This document shows positions 46,409 through 60,600 of a stretch of DNA of 64,000 nucleotides, one piece after another. This DNA comes from Zootoca vivipara (taxonomy: Eukaryota). Under the pieces are notes generated by a model that saw only the letters and a program-made list of their open reading frames with translations, had not been told where the DNA came from and searched no databases. The stretch lies in the NCBI RefSeq assembly GCF_963506605.1, contig NC_083286.1:38130001-38194000 (forward strand), in the 5' to 3' direction. A program made the position numbers and the translations under genes. Each line of letters begins with the position of its first letter. The first letter of the stretch is position 1.

Positions 46409-49400
46409 GATCCTCTTGAGAAGCATTAAGCTTGAAGATCACTTAATTTATTTGTGTGACTTGAGATGGTCAAACACGAACTTTTCATCTAAGGCTATGT
46501 ATTCTAAAGAAAATAACTAACATTTTTGCTGGAATGCTTATTGGAGTGTGGTACAGTGAGTGTGTAATTCCTGTAAATTATGGTAATTCAATAGTGACGT
46601 GATGGATTTGCAAGAAAGGTGCCTTGGTGTTTTTTTTTTTAAGAAATGAAATTTGAAAGGTCTTACACTTCCCTATTAAGCAACTAATTTATCTTTTCAC
46701 AAGTACTTTAGGAACTTAGCATTTATATGACCTTGCTCCTTTCAGAGCTGGCCTTGCTGCATTCACTTTTCTCAGATCTCACTTGGGCACAAAGGCAAAC
46801 ACAAACCTTGATAGAAAAAAAAAAGAAGTAGACATGGTGCCGGGATGGGCATAGAGCCTATGTACGTGTAGATGTGTGTGCATTTCGTCTGGGTACCTTG
46901 TGTAGCTTGCATATGTGAGAGTGTGGAATGGCCATACCTACCAGTGGCAAGTGGTCCTTGGAGTTGGTGAATGCTGCCATCAGGCCAAAAGACCTTTGCC
47001 ATCCTTACTCTATAGCTCCAAATATTTTTTCCCCCTCTCGGAAGCTACTGCAACCAAACTCCTTCAAAGTTTCATTGCCGTTTTCCTCCTTCATCTTCCA
47101 TTTTAGAGGAAAAAACACCACCTTGCGGAAGGATTGGCAGTAAAATGGATGCTGGAGTTTCTCATGCAGGGTGAAACTCTTGGGCCTGGGTTAATGGCCG
47201 GTGAGGTCTCCAGCTATCCAAGTGTAGACCTAAATGTGCCCTGGTTAAAATCTCCTCTCAGTTGTATTTGTTTGTCTGAGGCTGCAAGTGGAAGTTGCCT
47301 AAATATACAGTTTTAATGACTTTTTTGAGGAAATTTTATTTTAATCAGCTTCTTAAAATCCTCCTTTCCCTCCTTCATCTGAATTCCATATGTACATTGT
47401 GCCATGCAGGCAGCTTCTGATCTGGTGGTACATGATTACATACCCCTCTTTCCATAAGTTCAGTAATGGTTTATTTTCAGTTCTTGATGGGAAATCATGT
47501 ACAGTTTTGGAAAGCTGAAGTACCTTTCTTGCAACTCCCTATATAAGAAACATTGAAGCACAATTACACTGTCACAGTGGCTGCACTTTTACTCATATCT
47601 GGGGTAAGCTTTGCCTTCAAAACTTCTTTTCGGCTACAATTCTATGGTGGATAGGCTTGTATATATATTTTCTAATGCCAGAGGATCTGTGAATGGGGAA
47701 GGCTCTGTAACAAGGATCTGTAGCAGTTTATCTCATTAGCCTTAATCAGTTCATCACTTGGTTAGCTGCTTGAGCACATTGTGTTTTGCAGGTCAGTGAA
47801 ATATTTAACTCAATTACATGAAGACACCAGTTGTTAGCATTTGGATTCATCCTTTTGGACATTCAGTGCATTGAGGAAAGAGGATGTGCATCTTTGACAG
47901 GACACTCAAGTTACAGGACCCAAGTTCTGTAACATACATCTGGATAACCACCTGCAAATATACCAATGGAGGAATTGAGTGCAGCTGTGTGAGGACGTTC
48001 CCTGTATCTTATACCATGTATGTGCTTGAGTAAAAGTTCAGAGTTCAAATGCCGATTCCATGCTGCTGTAGTCACTAGTCCCCAGGTTGCAGCAGGCAGG
48101 GCTGAGGCAGGCAAATTTGACTACTGGTACTGGCCTAAACAAGATAGTTCTGTTTTTTAAATCCAAATTCTCTCCCCAAGCAACATAGGAATTAAACATC
48201 ACACACTTCTAATTGTGCTCTCAGCACGAGAATTTCTGCTTGCCAGACAAAATTATCCTCCCTCTCCTTCCTATGGACTGTTCCAGGGATTTACCAACCC
48301 TCCAGAGCAGATTTGGGAAAGGAGGGGGAGAGCTGCATTGCATTAGCAGGAGTCCTAGTGCTGGCTTCCATTGACAAGTTGGGTTAGTTGAATCTGGCCT
48401 GTAATGTTCCTTTCAGAAACTCTTTGAGTAGACTGTTTTCCCTATGTTGGTTTTAGATAAGACAACTAATATTAGATAATTATAACTACTAATTAGATAA
48501 TCCTTTGGGGTAGCAGTATATCAGCTTACCCAGAGCAGCACCTCATGGTTCCACGTGCAACATGTGTTTACTTCAAATAGAGATCTGTTCAAAACGTTAA
48601 TGCTGAAATGGTTGAACATGTTGCTTTTTGTAAGCAGTCGTACACATTGAGGGATGCAGCGCAAGACCATACATAAGTTTTTTTTGGGGGGGGGTGGAAG
48701 ATTTAAGTTACACTGTGTCCATTGAGGCTTTTTCTGTGTAACTGAGCGTAGGACTGCAGTATTAACTACCTTTCCAACCTTTCTGATGAAATGTTCCTGG
48801 TAAGCTGATCTAGAAAAATGTTACTAAGGGGTCTCAAATTCTTTACAAATATAAGTCTCCAAAGTGTCTGAATACCTTGAAAGCTTCATGCAGTGTTCAG
48901 TTAGGAAGGAATATTGCATAGAGTAGGCTGCCACAAATTCTACGTCTGATTTTAAGCATGAGAATTCTGCTACTTAGCTGAGATACAGTTCTTGTCATGA
49001 TGCAGTTCCTTTCTTTTCTGGCTCTTCTAGATGAAGCAGATACTCACAACCACTCTCACTTTAACTAAAATCCTGTTTGCTGAATCCTGCTTAGTTACAG
49101 CAAGTGGCTATCACTGCCCATACAAGAGACCTTTACCCTCAAGGAACTTTCCTCTGCCTCAATGAATAACCTCTTCACAGCATACCACAAAGCTAGACTT
49201 GACGCTTTTATGTGCAAGGCCTAGCTGTGTGTGTTTGAAATAATTTGGAGACTTTTGACTGCATTTCAGTGAGGCCAGGCTTTCACTTATTTATACCCTC
49301 TTTTATTCTTCAACACTATTCAAATGCATGACAACACGTGATAATGCAGCGGTTGGGAAGGGTAAATGTGAATTGTTCTTCTGTGGCTTTAATAGCTGTA

Positions 49401-51477
49401 ACGTTATTGTTCTGGGCTCTCCTTGTAAAACACTCGAGATGTTTTAGGACATTGGATAAATACTTGTTTTTCAAAAACCTGTTTGTTCCTGTCAAGCTCT
49501 ACTATAAATTTAGTGGGCTTGCATTAAAAGTATTGAAATCCACTTAAGTGACTGTGAAAATAAGTGTTGCATTTGTTTGAATTCAAACAATTACCAGATA
49601 AAATTTTAGCAGCTTGTTTGTACTGTATATAACAATTTCAGCTATAAACTTAAGCTTGTTTCATATGATGTTGAGCTTCAACACAGTTTAGTATACTGAT
49701 ATGTGCTTGTTTTTAAGAAGTGTTTCAACTCCAAGGAGATTTTTAAAGGTTAGCATAAAAGCTGTATTAAGAACAGGCACTGTTTGTAAAACAATTGGGT
49801 CATAGTCTAGTTTTAACTGTGAAACTAAAATGCAACATTCAGTGACAATAAAGAGGTGTATATTAACGTATTGCTTTAAAAAATAACGTATTAACGTATA
49901 GAGCTTCATTCCTTGACATACTCTAGCTTTTAACTGTATGTAATGAATTCTTTTCTAATTGTGGATTGGGAGTGAATGGAAATATTGAGACGGGTTATAG
50001 CACCAAGAATTCCATGTTCTGGGGCTACATGAGGTATAAAATAGCTCATGAAACAATGTTGGATTAAAAAAAATTGATGGTGTGATTTCAAAATGGCCCT
50101 GGACTCCTAACAATAAAAATTCTCTAACCAGCTGGTGGAATGTGTCGTCTTTCTGAGGTAGATTTTTGCTGCTTAATTTCTCCCCCCCCCCCCCAATTCA
50201 ATTTTTTTTTAATGGTCAACCAACAAAGTGAATAATGAGTGAATGTGTCTGGATGTTGGATGGTTTATATTTTTAAGTGGGAATGGGAGGTTTCAAATGA
50301 ATGCTAATTGTCTCCTGCCATTCTTTATAGATGTCAGCTCGCATAAGAATGTGGTCAAAACAAATGGCACATGTGTGCATGTTTAGAGGTTGACCTCACT
50401 TAGTCTTGGGGCACAAAATGAAGGTGATGAGTGAAGGGAAACTGGCTGATATGCATGGATAGCCTGCAGTCTGAAGCTAGCAGATAAAATTGAAACCAGG
50501 AGCCAGTGGAGGTGCCTAGGTAATGCTGGCAAATGACAGCCACCCCACTCACTGTTCTCATATGTCTTCCTTCCAGGGATTACTGAAGCAAGGTTTTCTT
50601 GAGACAACCCCTGAAAGCAATGAAGAAGAGTACAGGGCTTAAGTAAAGTGGGATGGTTCTCATCCTCCCTCCCCTCTCTGGGTTTCTCTTCTGCTCTTCC
50701 TCAACGCAGCTAAGATATTTAGCATCACTTGCTCTTCTTCCAAGCCAAGCACTTCTAAGAAACTGCAAGTTGCGGGAACCACTTCCTCATTAGTGCCATC
50801 TAGTGCCGAGAGAGAAATTGTTCCTCCTGCCCCGTGCCATCCCCCAAGTTCTTTAATGAACCCACCCTGAGCCGCACTGAAGCAACAGTTTTGCTTTTCT
50901 CCTGCAGACAGACTGCAGGGATTCCACCCCATGAAGGAGGGAAACGGATGGATGGAAGTAGGCAATTATCTGGCAGTGGTATGCCAAAAAGTGTTGCAAG
51001 GTTATGCACCTTTGCTGCCTCCCAAATAGGAACGTACACACCCTGCAACCATCTGCCAGGGGGAAAAGGTGAACTTTTCCCAATCTTGCTCAAATTTCAA
51101 GAACAATGGATTAAGAAAGGGACAAATCACTATAATCCTTTTATAACAAATTCCACTCAAAACCTAAAGAATACCTATTTAGTATTAGCAATTATTAGCG
51201 GATCAAATTATCACTTGTGTGCTATTTAGTGTAAAGAGATTTTTATTGTCAAGAATGCACAGTAATATGATTATGGTTACATGTTGTATTTGCAATTAAA
51301 TATATTTAAAACCCTAAAAAACCTTTTTTCCCCATTCTATTTTGTGGGTAATGAGTTGGAAGACACAAATATATTTCAGTGCTGGAATAGAGCTGCTTGC
51401 AATGCTGCAGCATTTTTCCATACTAGATACCATTGCAATATATACACAAGATACATACTTTTCTAACATGGCTGGCT

Positions 51478-51483
51478 TTTATT
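51478..51483 (-). terminator. Candidate polyadenylation signal for PPWD1
   Basis: AATAAA on minus strand about 170 nt after the stop; second copy at 51242-51247. Confidence 0.45.
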
Positions 51484-51651
51484 TTTTTGTATAAAAACAT
51501 TTTTAAAAAAGATACAGCTGAGAGCACCTCGGACACATAATGATTAGAAAGTTTCAGATCAGGTATCAACCTTTCCACAGCGGAAAAATGGAGATATTAG
51601 GTGCATCATTTTTGAAGTCCCTTAATTGCAAGGCTTCTTTAAAACCCTATT

Positions 51652-54600
51652 TCATTTCACTGTGATATTAATAATGCTGACATCTTCATAGGGCTTGTCA
51701 GTTTTGGGGTTGACTTTCACATTTGAAATTCTCTGAACGACTTCCATTCCTTTAGATACTCTTCCAAACACACTGTGTTTGTTGTCCAGCCATGGCTGTG
51801 GAAGGCCATATCAAGTTGATGGAGCAAAAGAAAGAGAAAATTATAATTAAATCTCAAGTTACTATACTGAGAACTCTGTGATGTAAACTATCGCCAACGG
51901 GATCTCTATAAAAACACTATTACACTGAATGCTTGTTTGTTTGCTGACTTCTTTAACTCTCCAACCCAAAAGGCTGCATGCGCACGGAAGCAGTTTCCGC
52001 AAACATATTCCAAGCTGGATAATGAACCATGAACGCAAAACTGGTACTGTCATTATAGTTTCTGTGCACACATTAGGTTGTGGACAAGTTTTGATCATTT
52101 GGTGGGGGGTGGGGTAGGAGAACCAAATCCTGCTACGTTCTCACCAAACAGATTATTTAAGCTATTTATATTAAATATGTGTATCCCCCTTTCCAATCTA
52201 GTGGTTCACAAGGCAGCATACAGTGATACCTCTACTTACGAATTTAATGCGTTCTGAACACACATTTGTAAGTCGAAAAAAATTGTAAGTCGAATCCCAT
52301 AGGAATGCATTGGGAGAAAAAAATCCTAAGTAGAAGCAACCCTATCTAAAAATTCGTAAGTAGAAAAAATCCTATCTAAACTGCATCCAAGATGGCGGAC
52401 GGAGCTCCATTCGTAAGTAGAAACATTCGTAAGTAGAGTTATTCGTAAGTAGAGGTACCACTGTATAACATAACGATTATATGAAACAGATAACTCATCT
52501 CTTGTGGCAAGCAGCCAGGAGAGCAGCTGGGTAGTAGGTTTGATGTTAAAACCTCTCCCCATGTCTCTCTTATCCTGCCACAGCTGCTGTGATAAATCGG
52601 GAGAGGGGGAGAGACCCGACCTAGAAAGTTTTCTGTCCAGCCACACTGGATGCAAGTCATTCAGGGATGAGGCCTATCTAGTGGAAGAAGGACAAGTGTT
52701 GGACTTGGCCCAGGGACCCCTGTCTTCAGATGGAAACTCAGCCTTGAACTGCAGTGCACTTTGGGTCAATCACTATCTTTTAATCCTGGCTTCCAGATCT
52801 GGTAGTAGCAAGAATAAAACAGAGATAGAATGTTGCAAGCATCTCAGAAGAAAGGCAAAGTATGTTTTGAATTTTCAAAAAGTAATCAGAGATGTTATAT
52901 AGCCCAATTCCACTTCAGAGAAGACTCTGCTACTCTGTTGAGTTGGGATATATGGCAGAGCATATAGTAACAAATTCTAGCTGGCTATCAAGGGCAGCAA
53001 AAGATGCTGGGTCTCTTAAGAAGCAATCATTGGTGCTCCCACCCACAAATGAAATGGTACAGGCCAGGTACAGGCTTATTACCTCATCTGTTTGGGGAAA
53101 CAAAGTACAGTATAACTAATGTTTTTCTGCAGCTAATGTAATATGGTGGCTGCCTTCAGCTCTTTCCCCTATAACCACCAAGTAGACTAGGGATGGGAAA
53201 CGTGGTTTTTCAGTTACAGGACTATAACTTGCAGTGCATGGCCTGCATGATCAATAGTTACGAGATGACAGGAGCTGTAGTTCAACAACATCTGGAAGTC
53301 CATAGGCTTCCTCATCCTTATAGTAGACAACAGACACAATGGAATACCCTTCCATCTACCAACAGCCTCAAAACTTTTGCTACTCACAGAGAGGCAATTC
53401 AATGACATCTGACATAGTACTTACAGTTGGTACTACTGTTACAAAAAACTGTGAGCCGTTGGTATTTGGTCCTGCATTAGCCATACTAAGTGTGTAGGGC
53501 CTGTCATGTCGCAAAGTTGAGTGAAACTCGTCCTCAAATTCTCCTCCCCAGATACTTTCACCTCCCATTCCAGTTCCAGTAGGATCTCCAGTTTGGATCA
53601 TGAAGCCCTACGTTTGGAGGGGGCGAAAGAAAAATCACAATTTAGGACATTAGCAGCCCTGCTGCATTAGGCACAGTCCAACATCCTGCTTAAAATTGTG
53701 GCTAAATCAGATGCGTCCAGAAAGCCCATAAGCAGGACTTGGAAGACAACAGCCTTCTCCTGCTGCTGTTTCCAGAACTGATACTCAGAAATGTACAGCC
53801 TCCGAACCAGGAAGTAACATACTGCCATCACTATTAATCAGTATCTTTAAGTGATCCAAATTTCAGTATTACCAAGAAAGGAGAAAAAATGTTGATCCAT
53901 TTTATCTACAGTGGTGACGCCACTGTATCCCATAGATTGATATGCTGTGATTACAGTTTTGGAATTCTGCACAAAATCCTTCAGAAATGCATATGCAAAA
54001 TCCACAAGTAGGGTAGGACTTAATAATAAGATGTGCATAAAGCCATTATGGGACAGGAAAAATTAAAGATATTGCAGCACCTGTTTATCTAACGAGCTCA
54101 ACAACATTTGAGAACAGAGAAATATTGTTACTAATACCAAAGTTACCTTGATTATGCGGTGAAAGGTGTGCCCATTGTAGTAGCCATTCCTACTATGTAC
54201 ACAGAAGTTTTCCACTGTTTTGGGACACCTGCAGTTAAAAGGTATTAGATGTTAGTATAGTACTTAGTGCACTGGAATAGGGTAATGTTTTGAATTGGTC
54301 CGTATCTGTATCCAGTGAAACTGAGAGCACTTGACTGCAACTATCTATATCCATAAAGAACTAGGGCCACCTGCCAGATCATTCAGTAGGAAGACAACTC
54401 TTCATTCACAATCACATTCTGTGAATCATTTTGCCTATTACAAATTAAAATTGCCTTCTTGTTATGGAAACAGGAAAGCTTACAACCTTCTTCCTCTTGT
54501 CACAATGTAGGAGAAAGCAGTAGCGGTAAAAATGCTTTACCAGAGCAAAAATGGTGGTACCATAGCTATGACAGAATGGAACAAAAGCAAACAAAGGGAA

Positions 54601-57600
54601 AAGGTGCAGCTCTGTCAATGATGCTGGTGAATGGTCCAACAGTAGCTCAAGATAATGAGCATCTTTATTAAAAATGGAATGAAATAGAAAAGTATTCATA
54701 TACATACTCAACAGGGAAGAGCTTGACATGTATATCTCCCATGCTTGTGTGGATAATGGCACTATCAGAAACTCGCTTGGGTCCTTCAGCTTGAGTGGCT
54801 GCCATGACCTCTTCTTTAGATGGCTTCTCATTAAATACATCTCTGTCAGAATCTGCACTTTTGGTGTCTTCTGGTTCACGTTTGGTAAACTGAAGGACAA
54901 GATAGCAGCATCCTTGTTTCTCTTATTGACTAATGGAATTGGAAGGATCATACACTGTAGTTCCAAAGACATATTGTTCCTAACTAGTGATAGGCTGCCC
55001 AGGCACCATATTATGTTGCTGAACTGAAAGGCTTTCTGTCTTCCTGTGGTTTGCAAACTGTTTCTGGTCCTATGCCAAGTGAAAAGAATTGCCCTTTGGC
55101 ATATCTGAAGACTGTCAACATCTCAACAAAAATCTCAACGAAAATATTAAGTTTTTATGTGAGCTAAACTTACTTTAGCTTTAAAGAAATGCTTCTTTGC
55201 AGATTTCTACTGCATTTTCACCTCAAGTGGAGTTCTCATAATGAAATAGTCACCAAGACACCCCCCAGCCTAGTTGTTTGGTATAAGGAAGTACAAAAAT
55301 GTACTAAAATTAATATTAGAGTTAGAACCAAGTGGTAAGACATGTGAATAGTATTATATCAAAGGCTATCAAAAAGGGGGGGGGGAATCACCTGGCAACT
55401 TCAGGTGATTGAAAGATGGGCAGCACACCCATCCGCTAAAAGTAGCCTGTAGGGGGTGGGAAACTGCCAGCTAGATCCCCTAGTATAAACTTACCATATA
55501 AAATCTGTTCTTTTTGAAGGAGGTGCAGATTATTGTTGGATCAGCTTGGATATTCTGAAGAACGGGGTTGTCGGATGCTTTCATCTCTACTGTAACAGCG
55601 GCACGGTGTTTCTTTGCGACACCTTGGAACAGAGCCAGTTGCATGACCCTGATGTTTTCCTGCTTGCCTAGGATTCTAACACATCTACACACAGGAAAGG
55701 AAAATTCGTGAACTTCAAAATCATTATGTAGCCTGCCTTTAATATGTAATATTTCAGAGCACCCTGCATCCAAACAGCATATTAATTTTTGGATTAATTT
55801 GGAAGCGAAGATCCCCAGTACATCATAGGGATATTGACTACCTTCTGGAAGGCACTGTGGGCTTAGAAACCAGGTGAACCTCTGGACCAATACAGCAGGC
55901 TTAACAAACATATTTGGAAGTAAGACTCTTAATACAAATGGATAATGAAAAAGTGTCAGTTATAACACATCAGAAACCTGATCTAAAGTATCAGTTCTCA
56001 TATTATGGGTCCCAGATGGATAGCTAATGAAAATGTATGATCTGGAATCATTTAACCAATGGAAATCTGCAAATTATGTGGATAGTCCCCTTCCATCATT
56101 CACCAGGAATGTGAAACTGGGCACTGAATCTCTACATCCGGGGGTGGGGCTCCATTCTGTGGGCTAACCTTGGTCTCAATGGGGCACAATTTAACTCACA
56201 AGGCCATTTTCTTCTAAACCTGTCACAGGACTACTATATCAGGGGGTGGGTGGGATGTGGGGTTTGAACCAGAGTTTAAGCAAGTCATGGTTTATAAGCC
56301 AACAATAAACCATGGCTATTCATCTACCGTACATAGCTGAGTTGTGATTGTCAGACCAACTACCAAAAGATCAGAGCTTACTTTCTGAAAAGCAGACATT
56401 ATTCCCTATAGATGATAAAAGATGGTAAGCATTTCAGTAGCATATCAGGTGACACTAATCATATAAATTAACTATCATGGATCACAGGAACAGAGAAAAC
56501 TACCTAATACAAAGTGAGACCATTGGATCCAATTAGCTCAGTACAGTCAACACTGTCTGGCAATGGCTCTCCACTATTTCAGAAAGAAGTCTCTCCTAGC
56601 CCTACTTGGAGATGTCAGGGTTTGAAATTGGGACCTTCTGCATGCAAGGCAGATGTTCTACCACTGAGCTATAGCACTCCCAATGAGTAATGCCAACTCA
56701 ATTCTATTTAACTGTATTATGTATTAATTTTGAGCAATTAAAGAGCCTATGAAGACTGAGCTTCTTTCTTTAAAATCTCTTGGAAATCCCTGAACAAAAC
56801 AAAATAGGTACAGCTAACATGAAATAATAAGAGCAAGACTTACCGGTTTGTTTCCACATTTATGACCTTGATTCCCAACATTGTCCCATAGAGCACAAAG
56901 TGTCCAGTTTCATCAAAAATGATGTTAATTAACCTGACAGCATCCACTTTTTCCAGCTCCCGCTCCACAGCCATACGCCGACCAAATTCCATGTCAGGCA
57001 GCTGTTGTCTCATTTGTTGCAGCTCAGTAAACATCTACAGAAACAAGACACCTACCTATAATATGCGTATAACTTGACTTCGATTTATTTTTAATAAATT
57101 CTGTATAATGCATGTTATTTTTTTCTGTAAGCTGCTTTGAGACGAATAATGAAATGGTTATAAATCAATATACACAACATCTAAATTCCACACTTTGGCT
57201 AAACAAAACGCAGTTTAGTATTATGTGCTAATGAGGTCAATTTATGTAACATACAACAATGTTAGTTACATGTGTCTTTACACAATTAAAATACATACTT
57301 TAATATGTATAGCAAAAAGTTGGCAATTCATATATTGGATGTGGTATCTGACAAGGTTATAGTAACTAGACAGTTAAGTAATTTGAGTTGAAGCAAATTA
57401 AAAGTAATAAATTTTGATTAGAAAGCACAATATAAGTAATTCAGTTAACATTTGTAACAACAGTAGAGCCTTCTAAAAATACCGTTTATTTTTTCCTTGA
57501 TTGTTAACTTCATGGTATATAACTAAAAGAAGAATAAATCACCAGTGTATTAATAATGCTAAACAGATACTGCAATGTAATGCTGAAAATATTACTCTTA

Positions 57601-60600
57601 TAGAGGACAATTTGTATATATGTATGTATGGAGTACTTCTCATCTGTGAAAGAAATTTTAAAAAGATCATCTGTACTAGCAAGTAACTGAATGTTGTAAT
57701 ATATATATACTTACACTCAAAGATTCATCAAAGACTCTCATCAGTTTCCCTGTCAAAAATCTGAAAATTCGGACTTTTCTGTCAGAACCAATAGTAGCCA
57801 TTTTTTTGCCATCAGGGGAGAAACATATACTAGTTAGGTATGCTTTACACTTAGCAAATTCATATAAATCAGTGTCTGTTTTATATTCCCAGTTCACATT
57901 TTTGGGAAATTTGTATTCATGGCGAGGCCCAGTCCAGTATTCAATCATTCCAGACTTGTCAGATGATACTATGACTTTATAGACAGAGTTCAGTCGTATC
58001 TGAGTAAGAGGCGATGTGTGAAGCTTATCAAAAATGTGAAGTGGCTGATTGTTTCCTCGACCATCATATATGAATATTTTCCCAGTACTCTTCTCAGACG
58101 CTGCAACTGAAGATATTGCATCTCCTGGGCAATACACCCATTCACACTGGCCAGGGTAGTAGCTAAAATAAAAAGAATAATTGGATTGGCATGATTTTAG
58201 GAATATAGATAGAAGAACACATAAGAAGTTCACAGATGCACTAATTTCCCCAGCTACTTTAATGGAGGTGGGCAGCTCGGCACATGCATCTCTTTTTCAT
58301 GCAAAACTCCACCTGAACTGACATGCATTAAGTAGAAACTCTGGGTGTGCTTTGCAGCACTTGCAAGGCTGTAGAAGGAGAGTAATACTTATTTTTCTTC
58401 AATGTCTTATCTCAAGGAATCTGAATTCAACAAAATAACTACAACTTTAAAATAAGAAGTAGTTTGCTTTACATTTTTCCTGATAAATGCCCCCCTCACA
58501 ATTCATGATTATATGCAATGTAATACAACCCTGTATTTGCTTGCTGTATTTTCCTGCTCCTTTATTAAAAGTATGCCAGCAATTAGACAGTTATTTGTGT
58601 ACCACAATCAATCACAACCAATTACCTCTTAGACAGAAGTATTCTAAAGCATTAGGAAATCTACCAGGACCATAAAAAAAGAAAAGTGACTTACCCAAGT
58701 TTCAGCATGTTGATCATATCGAAGTTCACCACATCAAAAACCTTCATTGCTCTGTCATCCCCAACAGAGCAAAATAATGCACCTTCTGAACTACCAGCAA
58801 TGCTCTCAATAACACCTATTGTGAGCAAAAGAAAGGAAATAGTCTGCTTCCAGAGAATAAGTTCTCTTCATTTGAGGAAAAAAAATGAACAAAATCATAA
58901 TTGCTATATAAATGCTTCAGATGGAATTATGTCACAAACTAAAGCTGCACGGATAGATAAAGTACCTTTGAACTCAGTAGGATTTATTTCTGAATAGTCA
59001 TGTATAAAATGGGCCTAGAAGGCTGGGATTCAAAGATCAAAATATAAACTGAGAGCTTCTGCAGCAAACAGGACTCTTTCTATGCAACTATTAAAGGTGC
59101 AAAAGCACTGTCTACCCACTGTCATCTGGCTACCCTACTGCTGCATTTCACAAAAACTAATCATTCAAGCTAAGTAACATTAGAGAACCCAATTTTTAAA
59201 ATATGGTATGGATTTTTAAAGTGTGCTATGAAGCATATTTAAATGATGAAATAATAATATATTATTTGTGAAAAAAGAAAAAGAAAATACCAAACACAGT
59301 AACTTACCTAAATGGCTACGGAAATGTTTAACAAATTCAATTCCCTCTTCTACTTTCTTCCAGAATTTGACATGTCCATCATGACTGGCTGTTATTACAA
59401 AATCAGTCCTGCAGGTACAAGCATATAACCTTCATATTATAAAAGAACCGCAAACCTAGATCTCTGCTTCACTAGCAACCTTCCACAGGAGTCTGCAGCT
59501 TCTGGCTAGTTTGGGAAGCCAAATCACAGGTGCAGTCACTAGGACGCTACTTATTCCCCAAAGAGAGGGAAGAAATTTAATACAACATGCTGAACCTCAG
59601 AGAAACTATTCCATTTCACACTGGGCTTTCAAGGTCACTTGGGCGAGTCTCAAAGCATATACAACATGGACTGTCTCAAGTCCTCCTACAGAGTTTGAAA
59701 CTCTAGAGATGGTTCTTACAGTTGTGCTGCACTTCAGAGATGCTCAAAACAAACTCAATGCAACAAACACATGTCACAACTTTCCCCCTTAAGCTTGGAG
59801 TTAAAAAGCAGGATGAGCTATGCTGCACTTATAGAAGCATAGAATTGTAGCATTAGAAGGGATTCCAAGGGACATCTAGCCAAACCCCTGCAATCCAGGA
59901 ATGTTATGAAGCACTCTTTAGGCAAGATGCAATTCCTGAAACATACATCCGGTCCAATTCTACAATACTTAAAATAGAAAAAAAAGACTTACTTAGTACA
60001 TACTACATGTGTGATGACATCTCTGTGCATATAACTGCGTTCATACATTGAAGCACTGGGGAGATTATCCAGGTAGACATGTTCAAACTCAAGAACTATA
60101 AATAAAGAAATAGTGTTTCCTAAAAATCATATTCCATTTCAAAAATGTTATTCAAATTATTTTGATTTAAAAGAGACCAAACTGAACAAACTTCTCTTTC
60201 AATACTGTGGTATGAGAACAACTGTGTAGCTGTATCATAGTGTTATATGAGGCTTGATCCCCACACAAACAAGTAAGTGTTCACATAACTGCAGCCCTAG
60301 TTGTCACACAAGCAGCAAAATTGTGCTTGGACTGCACAATTGGACTGTAGGGACCGAGCAACGGGAGCTCACCCCATCGCAGGGATTCGAACTGCCAAAC
60401 TTATGATCGGCAAGCCCTAGGCTCTGTGGTTTAGACCAGTGGTCCTCAACCTTGGGCCTCCAGATGTTTTTGGCCTACAACTCCCATGATCCGTAGCTAG
60501 CAGGACCAGTGGTCAGGGATGATGGGAATTGTAGTCTCAAAACATCTGGAGGCCCAAGGTTGAGGATCACTGGTTTAGACCACAGTGCCACCTGCATCCC

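Noticed and set aside
52221-52463. Short repeats with spacers (TTCGTAAGTAGA; also GCAAGACGAA at 1049-1293) that superficially resemble a CRISPR array
   Set aside because: Internal repeats of TA-flanked MITEs in a vertebrate genome; irregular spacing and no cas genes.
54445-55056. 203-aa minus-strand ORF
   Set aside because: Overlaps PPWD1 exon 8 in a different frame plus intron; no recognisable protein features.
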